The notes below the pieces were generated by a model. That model ran no database searches. It was not told where the DNA came from and was given only the letters and a program-made list of their open reading frames with translations. This document shows positions 55,842 through 64,000 of a stretch of DNA of 64,000 nucleotides, in pieces; the first letter of the stretch is position 1; each line of letters begins with the position of its first letter. This DNA is from Candidatus Micrarchaeota archaeon (GTDB lineage: Archaea > Micrarchaeota > Micrarchaeia > Anstonellales > Anstonellaceae), in the NCBI GenBank assembly GCA_026413765.1, contig JAOAKI010000004.1:97513-161512 (forward strand), written 5' to 3'. Made by a program: the position numbers and the translations under genes.

Positions 55842-56969
55842 ATGAAGCTTGCGTTTATCACAGATATGCACTTTGGCTATAGGCGATTCGAAAAAGACGC
55901 CTATCTTCAAGGAAAAGAAGCGATACTTGCTGCAGCTGCCGAAGCAGACCTCATCATTCTTGGTGGAGACAACTTTGACACTCCGCTGCCAAAAATGGAG
56001 ACAATCGCAGATGTAACAGAGATTCTTCTGGAGGCGCAAAAGATCTACAAAAACAAAGGGGCAAACTACCAGCCGATTCTTGCCATACACGGCAATCATG
56101 ATAGGAGGGCAAAAGGGTATGTCAACCCCACCGAGCTTTTGGCAAGAGGCGGCTTTTTGGAAAATATCCACAACAAAACAGTGGTGTTGGAAATTAAAGG
56201 AGAGAAGATAGCTGTCTCTGGGATGGGAAATGTGCCGGATGACTTGGCAAGAGCCGCGTTGATGCAGCTTTCCTGCAAGCCGGTCAAAGGGGCTTTCAAT
56301 GTGTTGGTCATCCACCAATCATTCCAGGAATTTGAAGGGATTCCGAATGACGACTATCTCACATTTGAAGATTTGCCAAAAGGATATGACTTGTACCTTT
56401 GCGGCCATACGCACAAGCCAAATTTGACAGGAAAAGTGCTCAATCCTGGCAGCACAGTCGTCACGCAGTTGAAGAAAGAGGAGACTGCAAAAAGGGGCTG
56501 GCTTCTTTATGACACAGCAAAAAAAGAAGCCATATTCAGGGAAATCAACTCCCGCCAGTTCATATGGAGAGAGCTCCAATTTTCAGGCGCAACCCCACAA
56601 GAAATATGCCAAGCCATAACCCAAGCAGTAAAGGAAACAGACACGCAAGCCAATTTGCTAAAATTAGTGTTGAGGGGGACTGTAGCAGAAGGATTTAAGA
56701 TGGCGGACTTGCAGTTGCCGAATTTTGGAAACAACGTTTTTATAGAAAACAAGCTCAACACAGAAAACTTGAGGCAGAGAATTGAGGACATAAAGAAAAA
56801 AAGAGGGGAAAAGCTTGGGGCAAGGGAGCTTGGAATGGAGATATTGAGAAAAAACCTGGCAAAAACAAAATACAATCTCTACGATTCAGCAGAGCTTTTT
56901 GCGCACCTTCTGGAAGGGAGTGCATTCGAAAAAATAAGGCAAAAGATTGAAAATGAACAAGCAGGCTGA
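55842..56969 (+). CDS. mre11: Mre11/SbcD-like metallophosphoesterase (DNA double-strand-break repair nuclease)
   Basis: Phosphoesterase motifs I-VI (FITDMHFG, GGDNFD, GNHD, GHTH). No rad50-like gene is adjacent. Confidence 0.75.
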   Translation: MKLAFITDMHFGYRRFEKDAYLQGKEAILAAAAEADLIILGGDNFDTPLPKMETIADVTEILLEAQKIYKNKGANYQPILAIHGNHDRRAKGYVNPTELLARGGFLENIHNKTVVLEIKGEKIAVSGMGNVPDDLARAALMQLSCKPVKGAFNVLVIHQSFQEFEGIPNDDYLTFEDLPKGYDLYLCGHTHKPNLTGKVLNPGSTVVTQLKKEETAKRGWLLYDTAKKEAIFREINSRQFIWRELQFSGATPQEICQAITQAVKETDTQANLLKLVLRGTVAEGFKMADLQLPNFGNNVFIENKLNTENLRQRIEDIKKKRGEKLGARELGMEILRKNLAKTKYNLYDSAELFAHLLEGSAFEKIRQKIENEQAG

Positions 56970-56971
56970 AA

Positions 56972-58231
56972 TCAAAAGTCTATTCTGTCAACTTTCATAT
57001 AATCCTGGAGCACTTTGGGGACCGAAAATCCATTTTCGTCTTGGAAATTTTCCATTATTGCCACCATGCATCTTCCTACTGCAACCCCGCTGCCATTTAG
57101 AGTATGGACAAACTCCAGCTTGTTTTCCCTCCTGAAGCGAATGTTCGCCCTGCGCGCCTGAAAGTCGGCGCAGTTTGAGCATGACGATATCTCACGATAG
57201 CAGTCCTGCGATGGAAGCCAAACCTCAAGATCGTAGGTTTTTGCCGAAGCAAAGCCAAGATCTCCGCTACAAAGCTCAACAACACGATATGGAAGCTCAA
57301 GCCGTTTAAGGACGGACTCCGCATCGGCAACCATTATTTCAAGCTCTTCATAGGAGCGTTCTGGGAGCGAAAACCTGACAAGCTCAACTTTGTCAAATTG
57401 ATGCTGTCTTATTATCCCTTTGATGTCCTTTTGGTATGCTCCTGCCTCACGTCGGAAACAAGGGGTATAAGCGCAAAACTTGACAGGAAGCTGTGTCTCT
57501 TCCAGAATCTCATCTGCAAAATAATTGGTGAGTGGGACTTCTGCTGTTGGTATGAGATATAGATCATCATCTTTGCATTTGTAAAGCTCATGCGAAAATT
57601 TTGGCAATTGGCCAGTGCCGGTCATGGTCTTTGAATTGACAAGGAATGGAGGAAGCAGCTCAAGATATCCATTCATAATATGCAAATCCAGCATGAAATT
57701 GATTAAAGCACGCTCGAGCCTTGCAGCAAGGCCGCGAAGAACAACGAATCGGTGGCCAGCTATTTTCGCCCCACGTTGAAAATCAATCAGATGACTTGCT
57801 GCAACCTCATAATGGGGCTTTACATCTGCTCCTGTTTTTTTTATTTTTCCCCATGTGCGAACGACCTTGTTTGCGGTCTCATCATTCCCAACAGGAACAG
57901 AATCATGCGGAATGTTAGGGAGAAGAAGCAGAATGCTGTCCATCCTATCTTCTAATAATTTTGTTTGCTTTTCGACATCCTCTATCTTTTGTGCAAGCTT
58001 TCTTGACTCAGAAAGAAGATGTTCGATTGGTTGGTTTTGCTTTTTCAGCTCGGAAATCTTGATAGAGATGCTGTTTCTTTCTGCCTTTAGTGCATCTGCC
58101 TGCGCCTTCATCGCTCTCCACTGCTTATCAAGCTCCAACAATTGGTCGGCAAGCTCGGTAGAGTGGTTTCTTTTCTTGAGAGCGTCATAAAGAAGCTGCG
58201 GATTTGCCCTTATTAGCTTGAGAGAAAGCAT
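56972..58231 (-). CDS. serS: Seryl-tRNA synthetase
   Basis: N-terminal coiled-coil arm and class II motifs 1-3 (FRREAG, GSG, GLE...R). Confidence 0.95.
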   Translation of the reverse strand: MLSLKLIRANPQLLYDALKKRNHSTELADQLLELDKQWRAMKAQADALKAERNSISIKISELKKQNQPIEHLLSESRKLAQKIEDVEKQTKLLEDRMDSILLLLPNIPHDSVPVGNDETANKVVRTWGKIKKTGADVKPHYEVAASHLIDFQRGAKIAGHRFVVLRGLAARLERALINFMLDLHIMNGYLELLPPFLVNSKTMTGTGQLPKFSHELYKCKDDDLYLIPTAEVPLTNYFADEILEETQLPVKFCAYTPCFRREAGAYQKDIKGIIRQHQFDKVELVRFSLPERSYEELEIMVADAESVLKRLELPYRVVELCSGDLGFASAKTYDLEVWLPSQDCYREISSCSNCADFQARRANIRFRRENKLEFVHTLNGSGVAVGRCMVAIMENFQDENGFSVPKVLQDYMKVDRIDF

Positions 58232-58235
58232 AGCA

Positions 58236-59117
58236 TCACCGCGAAAACTCTTCCTTGAGAATCTGGATAAGCTCTTGACCTATCTTTCTTTGTGCCTCTG
58301 CAGAGCTGCCAGCAATATGAGGCGTGAGAATCACATTGGGCAACTCGCACAGCTTGCCTTGGTACGGCTCATTCTCGTAAACATCAAGGCATGCGCCGCC
58401 AATCATATTCTTTGACAAAACATCATACAAAGCTTCTTCATCAATAATTGACCCTCTTGCAGTGTTTATGAGCACGGCTGTTTTTTTCATCAAAGATAGC
58501 AGCCTTGCATTGACTAGCTTGTATGTTTGCGCAGTAGCAGGCAAATGGAGGCTGACAAAATCGGACTGAGCAAAAAGCTCTTCAAGGGTTGCCGTTTTTC
58601 CAAGCGACGAAGAAGTGGCTTTCGTGTCGTAGATCAATACGTTCATCCCAAGTGACTTTGCTTTTAGGGCGACCAAAGAGCCAATCCTTCCGAACCCAAC
58701 TATTCCGATGGTTTTCCCTTCAAGCTCAGTCCCCATAAGCTCTTTTTTGATCCATTTTTTATTTTTCATTGAGCTGTCTGCCAGATGAATTTTCCTGCAA
58801 AAGCAAAGAATAAGGGCAAGAGTAAACTCAGCAACTGCATTTGTGCTTGCATTCGGAGTGTTGACAACCTTTATGTTTCTCTTTTGGCATGCATGCAGGT
58901 CGATGTTATCTGTCCCCACGCCTGCCCTTGCCACAATCTTCAATTTTGGGGCTAACTCGAGAAGCGATTCTGTCACTTTAGTCGCAGACCGAACGATCAA
59001 AACATCTGCTTCTTTCAGCGCAGAAGAGAGGTCAGGCGGCGTGACTATACATTCCCCCAATTGCTTCAGGCCGGAGATCACTTCTTGCTCAAGATGGTCT
59101 GCAATCACAATCTTCAT
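58236..59117 (-). CDS. serA: D-isomer-specific 2-hydroxyacid dehydrogenase, probably D-3-phosphoglycerate dehydrogenase
   Basis: NAD-binding GIVGFGRIGSLVA and catalytic R/E/H region. 293 aa. Confidence 0.82.
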   Translation of the reverse strand: MKIVIADHLEQEVISGLKQLGECIVTPPDLSSALKEADVLIVRSATKVTESLLELAPKLKIVARAGVGTDNIDLHACQKRNIKVVNTPNASTNAVAEFTLALILCFCRKIHLADSSMKNKKWIKKELMGTELEGKTIGIVGFGRIGSLVALKAKSLGMNVLIYDTKATSSSLGKTATLEELFAQSDFVSLHLPATAQTYKLVNARLLSLMKKTAVLINTARGSIIDEEALYDVLSKNMIGGACLDVYENEPYQGKLCELPNVILTPHIAGSSAEAQRKIGQELIQILKEEFSR

Positions 59118-59127
59118 TGAAACACCA

Positions 59128-60192
59128 TTATTTGCCTAACACCTTTCGGATACAGTCAAACGCATAATCAAGATGCGCATCATCAAAATTGCCAATATGG
59201 CATATCCTGAAGAACCTTCCTTGAAGCTCGCCGAAATCGCGCGCAGTCACCAAATTGAATTTTTCACGCAACTCTTTTCTTATCGCATCTGCATTTTCCA
59301 AGATGAAGCCTGTAATCGTTGGTGAGTAAAAGCCAGGCTCGGCAAAAACCTTGTAACCAATGCTTTCAACAAATTTGCGAGACTTTTCTGCCGCCAACTG
59401 GTGCTTCCTTCGGTGGGCCTCAAACCCGCCCTTGCTTTTTATGTAATCAATCGCAGCTCGGACTGAAAAAAGGACAGAAACTGCTGGTGTCGTAGGCGTC
59501 TGGTTGTTTTGCATGTCTTTTTTGTATTTTTTCATGTCAAGATAGAAGCTTCTGGCAGCAATCGACTCTGCCCGCAACATCATCTCTTCGGTGAATGCCA
59601 CAATTGCGATTCCTGGTGCAGCGCCAAGCGCTTTTTGAGAACCAGTAACTGCAAAATCGACCGAGAAGTCTTTAAGATCAAGCGGAGCGGCTGCCCAGGC
59701 GGAGATGCAATCCAAAATTGTGACCATTCCCTTGCTCTTTGCGTAGCGGCAGATGGATTTCGCGTCATTAAGCACACCTGTCGAAGTCTCATTGTAGACG
59801 AGGCCAAAAACTTGGGCATCGCTGTTGTCAATTATCTCTTTTGCCCTTTCCAGCGACCATCCTTTTCCAAGAGGTTGAGCGAAAACTTCGGTGCTACAAT
59901 AAACTTTGGAAAGAGCGGCAAGCTTGTCCCCAAAAGTTCCGTTTGTGAGGACAAGTGACTTGTCTGTTGGCTTGGTAAGGCAAGCGTATGCCATCTCAAG
60001 TCCTGCTGTTCCAGAGCCTGTAACCAAAAAGCAATGGTCAGCGTTGAAATCTGCCTTAAGATCAGCGACAATTTCGCTTATTAGAGCCCTTATTTCTGGT
60101 CCGCGGTGGTAAATCATCTCCTGGCTTTGCGAAAGCCTGATTGGGTCGACAAGCTCAACAGGGCCAGGAGTAAGAAGGTGCATTTTCGGCAT
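59128..60192 (-). CDS. serC: Class V aminotransferase (AGXT/serine-pyruvate family), probably archaeal-type phosphoserine aminotransferase
   Basis: PLP fold type I with GSQKALGAAPG around the Lys. It lies in a tight serS-serA-serC array. Confidence 0.75.
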   Translation of the reverse strand: MPKMHLLTPGPVELVDPIRLSQSQEMIYHRGPEIRALISEIVADLKADFNADHCFLVTGSGTAGLEMAYACLTKPTDKSLVLTNGTFGDKLAALSKVYCSTEVFAQPLGKGWSLERAKEIIDNSDAQVFGLVYNETSTGVLNDAKSICRYAKSKGMVTILDCISAWAAAPLDLKDFSVDFAVTGSQKALGAAPGIAIVAFTEEMMLRAESIAARSFYLDMKKYKKDMQNNQTPTTPAVSVLFSVRAAIDYIKSKGGFEAHRRKHQLAAEKSRKFVESIGYKVFAEPGFYSPTITGFILENADAIRKELREKFNLVTARDFGELQGRFFRICHIGNFDDAHLDYAFDCIRKVLGK

Positions 60193-60293
60193 AACTCTCC
60201 CATACGATAAACTCTAGGAAAATTTTAAAATGAATGTATAGAGTTGGCTTTGCGTAGGTAAATTTAAATGGAAGATGCAAAAGAATCCAAACC

Positions 60294-62255
60294 ATGAGCT
60301 ATGCCTTAGAAGCGCCTTTTAAGCCCGCAGGAGACCAGCCAGCTGCTATTGCAAAATTGGTTGAAGGAGTCAAAAAAGGAGGAAAGCAGACCCTTTTGGG
60401 TGTCACTGGCTCGGGCAAAACATTCACAATCGCAAACGTAATTGCAAAAACAAACAAAAGCTGTCTTGTAATATCGCACAACAAGACACTTGCGGCACAG
60501 CTTTACTCTGAATTTAAGCAATTTTTCCCAAAAAACAAAGTGGGCTATTTCGTTTCATATTATGATTATTACCAGCCCGAAAGCTACATACCGCAGACAG
60601 ACACTTACATCGAAAAGGATGCACAAATCAATGAAAAAATTGAAAGGCATAGGCTACAGTCAACTGCGTATTTGCTTTCGCCAGGCCCGACAATTATTGT
60701 CGCAACTGTTTCGTGCATATATGGGCTGGGTTCTCCAAAAGAATGGCTGGACATGTCAGTATTGATAAAGAAAGGGGCAGTGGTGCCGCGCTCTTCGCTT
60801 TTGGCATCCTTGATTGCAATCCAATACGAAAGGAACGATTTTGAGCTTAAAAGCGGATCGATACGCTGCAAAGGAAACACGATCGACATAGCGCCAGGCT
60901 ACCAAGACGAGATAATAAGGGTAATACTTGACGGGGACACAATAGGCAAGATTGCCCTGCTTGAGCCAACAACTGCAAGCCCCATTCAGGAATTGGAGGA
61001 AGTCAGGATTTTTCCTGCAAAGCATTATGTAGTTCCGCTGTCAATAAGGGAGAGGGCAATAAAAAGCATTCGCATAGAGCTTGAGCAACGATTGCCGGAA
61101 CTGCCCGAGCTGGAGAGGCACAGATTAAAGACAAGAACAAACTATGACCTGGAGCTTATAGAAGAGCTGGGCTATTGCAAAGGCATAGAGAACTATTCGC
61201 GCCATTTTGACTGCCGATCGCCTGGGGAGCCCCCATACACTCTCATGGATTTCTTGCCTAAAGATGCCCTTATCGTAATAGATGAATCGCATGTCACAAT
61301 CCCTCAATTGCATGGGATGTACCATGGCGACTATACGCGGAAAAAAAATCTTGTTGATTACGGCTTTCGCTTGCCTTGCGCTTATGACAACCGCCCGTTG
61401 AAATTTGAGGAATTCGAAAAGTACTTGAAGAATGTGATTTTTGTTTCTGCAACCCCTGGAGAATATGAAAGAAAAACTTCATTCCAAATAGTTGAGCAGC
61501 TCGTTCGGCCAACAGGGCTTCTTGACCCGAAGGTGATTGTAAGGCCGACAAAGGGGCAGGTTGAAGATTTGATAAATGAAATACGGGCAAGATCAAAAAG
61601 AGGCGAAAGGGCGCTCATCACCACTCTCACAAAAAGAATGGCGGAGGATTTGACGGACTATTTGTTGGAAAACAAAATCAGCGCGCACTACCTGCACTCT
61701 GAAATCGAAACTATACAAAGGACAGAAATAATAAGAAAGCTGAGGCTTGGAGAATATGATTGCATTGTGGGAATCAATCTGCTGCGCGAAGGGCTCGATA
61801 TCCCAGAAGTGTCGCTCGTTGCGATTTTGGATGCGGACAAAGAGGGCTTTCTGCGCAACGAGACTTCGTTGATTCAGACAATTGGGAGGGCTGCACGAAA
61901 CATCAACGGGACAGCAATACTTTATTGCGACAGGATGACTGACGCGATCAAGGCAGCAATAACTGAGACTGAAAGAAGAAGGCAAGCGCAGGAGCTGTTC
62001 AATAAAGAGCATGGCATAACGCCCAAAACAATAGTCAAAGCAGTTGCTGAATCGCAGCTTGTGCCTGTAATTGAGCAGGAGGCAAAGGCTAAAAATATTG
62101 AAGAGCTGAAGAAGGTGGCAATCAACTTAGAAATAGAGATGCAGAAGGCTGCAGAAGAGCTTGATTTTGAAAGGGCAATTCAGTTGCGCGACAAATTGTT
62201 TGAGATAAGGCTGAAGATAAAAAACCTGCAGAGGAGGAAGCAAGATGCAAGATAA
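60294..62255 (+). CDS. uvrB: Excinuclease ABC subunit B
   Basis: Walker A GVTGSGKT, beta-hairpin, helicase motifs and C-terminal UVR domain. 653 aa. Confidence 0.95.
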   Translation: MSYALEAPFKPAGDQPAAIAKLVEGVKKGGKQTLLGVTGSGKTFTIANVIAKTNKSCLVISHNKTLAAQLYSEFKQFFPKNKVGYFVSYYDYYQPESYIPQTDTYIEKDAQINEKIERHRLQSTAYLLSPGPTIIVATVSCIYGLGSPKEWLDMSVLIKKGAVVPRSSLLASLIAIQYERNDFELKSGSIRCKGNTIDIAPGYQDEIIRVILDGDTIGKIALLEPTTASPIQELEEVRIFPAKHYVVPLSIRERAIKSIRIELEQRLPELPELERHRLKTRTNYDLELIEELGYCKGIENYSRHFDCRSPGEPPYTLMDFLPKDALIVIDESHVTIPQLHGMYHGDYTRKKNLVDYGFRLPCAYDNRPLKFEEFEKYLKNVIFVSATPGEYERKTSFQIVEQLVRPTGLLDPKVIVRPTKGQVEDLINEIRARSKRGERALITTLTKRMAEDLTDYLLENKISAHYLHSEIETIQRTEIIRKLRLGEYDCIVGINLLREGLDIPEVSLVAILDADKEGFLRNETSLIQTIGRAARNINGTAILYCDRMTDAIKAAITETERRRQAQELFNKEHGITPKTIVKAVAESQLVPVIEQEAKAKNIEELKKVAINLEIEMQKAAEELDFERAIQLRDKLFEIRLKIKNLQRRKQDAR

Positions 62256-64000
62256 AATCATAATCAAAGGCGCAAGGCAGCACAATCTGAAAAACATAGA
62301 TGTGGAGATACCAAGAAATGCGCTTACAGTAATTACTGGAATATCGGGGAGCGGCAAAAGCACGCTTGCGTTTGATACGATTTATGCAGAGGGACAACGG
62401 CGGTATGTTGAGTCGCTCTCGTCTTATGCAAGGCAGTTTTTGGGGTTGATGAATAAACCTGATGTTGACTCAATTGAGGGGCTTTCGCCTGCGATAGCAA
62501 TCGAGCAGAAGACCACAAGCAAAAATCCTCGCTCGACAGTCGGGACTACAACCGAAATATACGATTATTTGCGGCTCCTTTATGCAAGGATTGGCATACC
62601 TCATTGCCCAAAATGCGGCAAAAAAATATCCTCGCAAACGAATGAGCAAATCGCAAATTTCATCATGACTCAAAACGAAAACAAAGAATGCAAGATACTT
62701 TCCCCGATTGTAAGAGGCAAGAAAGGCACTTACGAAAAGCTTTTCGACGAGCTTCGCAAGAAAGGCTATTCGAAGATAAGGCTGAACGGAAACGTGATGG
62801 ATCTAGACAAGCCAATCCCGAGGTTAGACAAAAACAAGAAGCACACAATAGAGGTTTTTGTGGACAAGTTCACTGTTTGTGGCCAAAATAGGCAGAGGCT
62901 GCTTGAAGCAATAAAAACTGCGGTCAGGGAAAGCCCAGAAGGCTTGGTTGTCGCGCTGATAGACAAAAAAGAAATACTTTTCTCGCAGACCAACTCGTGC
63001 CCAGATTGCGGATTTTCGATGGGCGAGTTGCAGCCGAGGATGTTTTCCTTTAATTCACCTTATGGGGCATGCGAAGAATGCCATGGGTTGGGAGTCAAAA
63101 TAGAATTTGATGTTGACCTGATAATACCGGACAAAACAAAAACGTTCAATGAAGGCGCAATTCTCCCCTGGAAAAATACAGTGATGAGCAGCTATTACCT
63201 TCAGCTTTTGGAAGGATTGGGCAAGCTATATGGCTTCAGCTTGGATACGCAATTTAATGCTTTGACCGAAGAAGCAAAAAGAGCAGTGCTTTATGGCTCA
63301 GATAAAAGAATAGATTACAGAGTTGAAAGCAAAACAAGCGACATGAGATATGAAGGCAGCACCTATTTTGAAGGAGTGATAAATAATCTTGAGCGTCTGT
63401 ATAGGCAGACAAAATCCGAATACAGAAGGCAGGAGCTGGAAAAATTCATGCGCGAATTGCCGTGCCCGAAATGCAAGGGAAAAAGGCTAAAAGACGAAAT
63501 CCTTGCAGTGAAAATAAATGGAAAAAACATCATAGAAGTCACCGAGCTATCAATTGATTCGGCGTACGGGTTTTTCACTTCGCTTAAGCTCTCAAAGGAA
63601 GAGCAGGAGATTGCAAAGCCTGTTTTGCGTGAGATATTGTCTCGTCTGGACTTTCTTATCAATGTTGGGGTAGGGTATTTGACGCTTGACCGCGTGACAG
63701 GCACGCTATCGGGCGGCGAAGCGCAAAGGATAAGGCTTGCGACACAGATTGGCGCGAATTTGACAGGGGTGTTGTACGTCCTTGACGAGCCATCGATAGG
63801 GCTTCACCAGAAAGATAACCACAAATTAATCTCAACCTTGAAAGCGCTGAAAGAGCAAGGAAACACACTAATAGTTGTTGAGCATGACGAGGACACAATA
63901 AGAAGCGCAGACTACGTAGTCGATTTGGGGCCCGGAGCAGGAGCGCATGGTGGGCGTGTTGTCGCAGTGGGAACTCCGGAAGAGATAGAAAAAAGCAAAG
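62245..64000 (+). CDS. uvrA: Excinuclease ABC subunit A, 3'-truncated by the window edge
   Basis: Manual translation from the ATG at 62245 gives MQDKIIIKGARQHNLKNIDVEIPRNALTVITGISGSGKSTLAFDTIYAEGQRRYVESLSSYARQF with UvrA Zn fingers (CPKCG, CPDCG, CEECHG) and ABC signatures. It overlaps uvrB by 11 nt. It is absent from the ORF track because its stop is outside the window. Confidence 0.93.
   Translation, partial: MQDKIIIKGARQHNLKNIDVEIPRNALTVITGISGSGKSTLAFDTIYAEGQRRYVESLSSYARQFLGLMNKPDVDSIEGLSPAIAIEQKTTSKNPRSTVGTTTEIYDYLRLLYARIGIPHCPKCGKKISSQTNEQIANFIMTQNENKECKILSPIVRGKKGTYEKLFDELRKKGYSKIRLNGNVMDLDKPIPRLDKNKKHTIEVFVDKFTVCGQNRQRLLEAIKTAVRESPEGLVVALIDKKEILFSQTNSCPDCGFSMGELQPRMFSFNSPYGACEECHGLGVKIEFDVDLIIPDKTKTFNEGAILPWKNTVMSSYYLQLLEGLGKLYGFSLDTQFNALTEEAKRAVLYGSDKRIDYRVESKTSDMRYEGSTYFEGVINNLERLYRQTKSEYRRQELEKFMRELPCPKCKGKRLKDEILAVKINGKNIIEVTELSIDSAYGFFTSLKLSKEEQEIAKPVLREILSRLDFLINVGVGYLTLDRVTGTLSGGEAQRIRLATQIGANLTGVLYVLDEPSIGLHQKDNHKLISTLKALKEQGNTLIVVEHDEDTIRSADYVVDLGPGAGAHGGRVVAVGTPEEIEKSK

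Noticed and set aside
1-64000. CRISPR arrays, rRNA genes, IS elements, transposases or integrases.
   Set aside because: No regularly spaced direct repeats, no rRNA-like conserved stretches and no recognisable transposase or integrase ORF were seen. The only tandem repetition is the protein-coding cysteine-module array.

Overview
This 64 kb window is a contiguous archaeal chromosome segment at about 40% GC, with genes densely packed on both strands and many 1- to 11-nt overlaps. The archaeal assignment rests on family-D DNA polymerase DP1 and DP2, topoisomerase VI A and B, TFB, aIF-1A and aIF-2 beta, ribosomal proteins L10e, L1, P0 and P1/L12, class I LysRS and isopentenyl phosphate kinase. 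Several genes have clear Shine-Dalgarno motifs (GGAGG or GGTGA). I could support about 58 protein genes and one intron-containing tRNA. There is no rRNA, no CRISPR array and no obvious transposase. Housekeeping blocks include leuS plus trm5-like, valS, a co-linear DP1-DP2-KH-top6B-top6A array, the L1-P0-L12 operon, serS-serA-serC, uvrB-uvrA and aIF genes. Between them sit accessory or unusual loci. (1) An 853-aa extremely cysteine-rich secreted protein with an archaeal type IV prepilin-like N-terminus and about 24 tandem six-cysteine modules, next to a transglutaminase-like surface protein and an MBL hydrolase. (2) A five-gene copper locus: membrane-tethered wHTH sensor, CopZ, Met-rich membrane protein, CopA and a cupredoxin-like protein. 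(3) A bacterial-type Amidase_3 peptidoglycan amidase. (4) A 630-aa wHTH coiled-coil protein inserted beside the ribosomal L1 operon. (5) A 650-bp AT-rich gene-free spacer with a perfect palindrome, next to low-GC unknown genes and a PPDK_N ATP-grasp protein. (6) An nrdR-presenilin homolog tandem. The ORF track allows TTG and GTG as Met, so many track ORFs carry N-terminal extensions. I trimmed starts where an internal ATG with better context exists.
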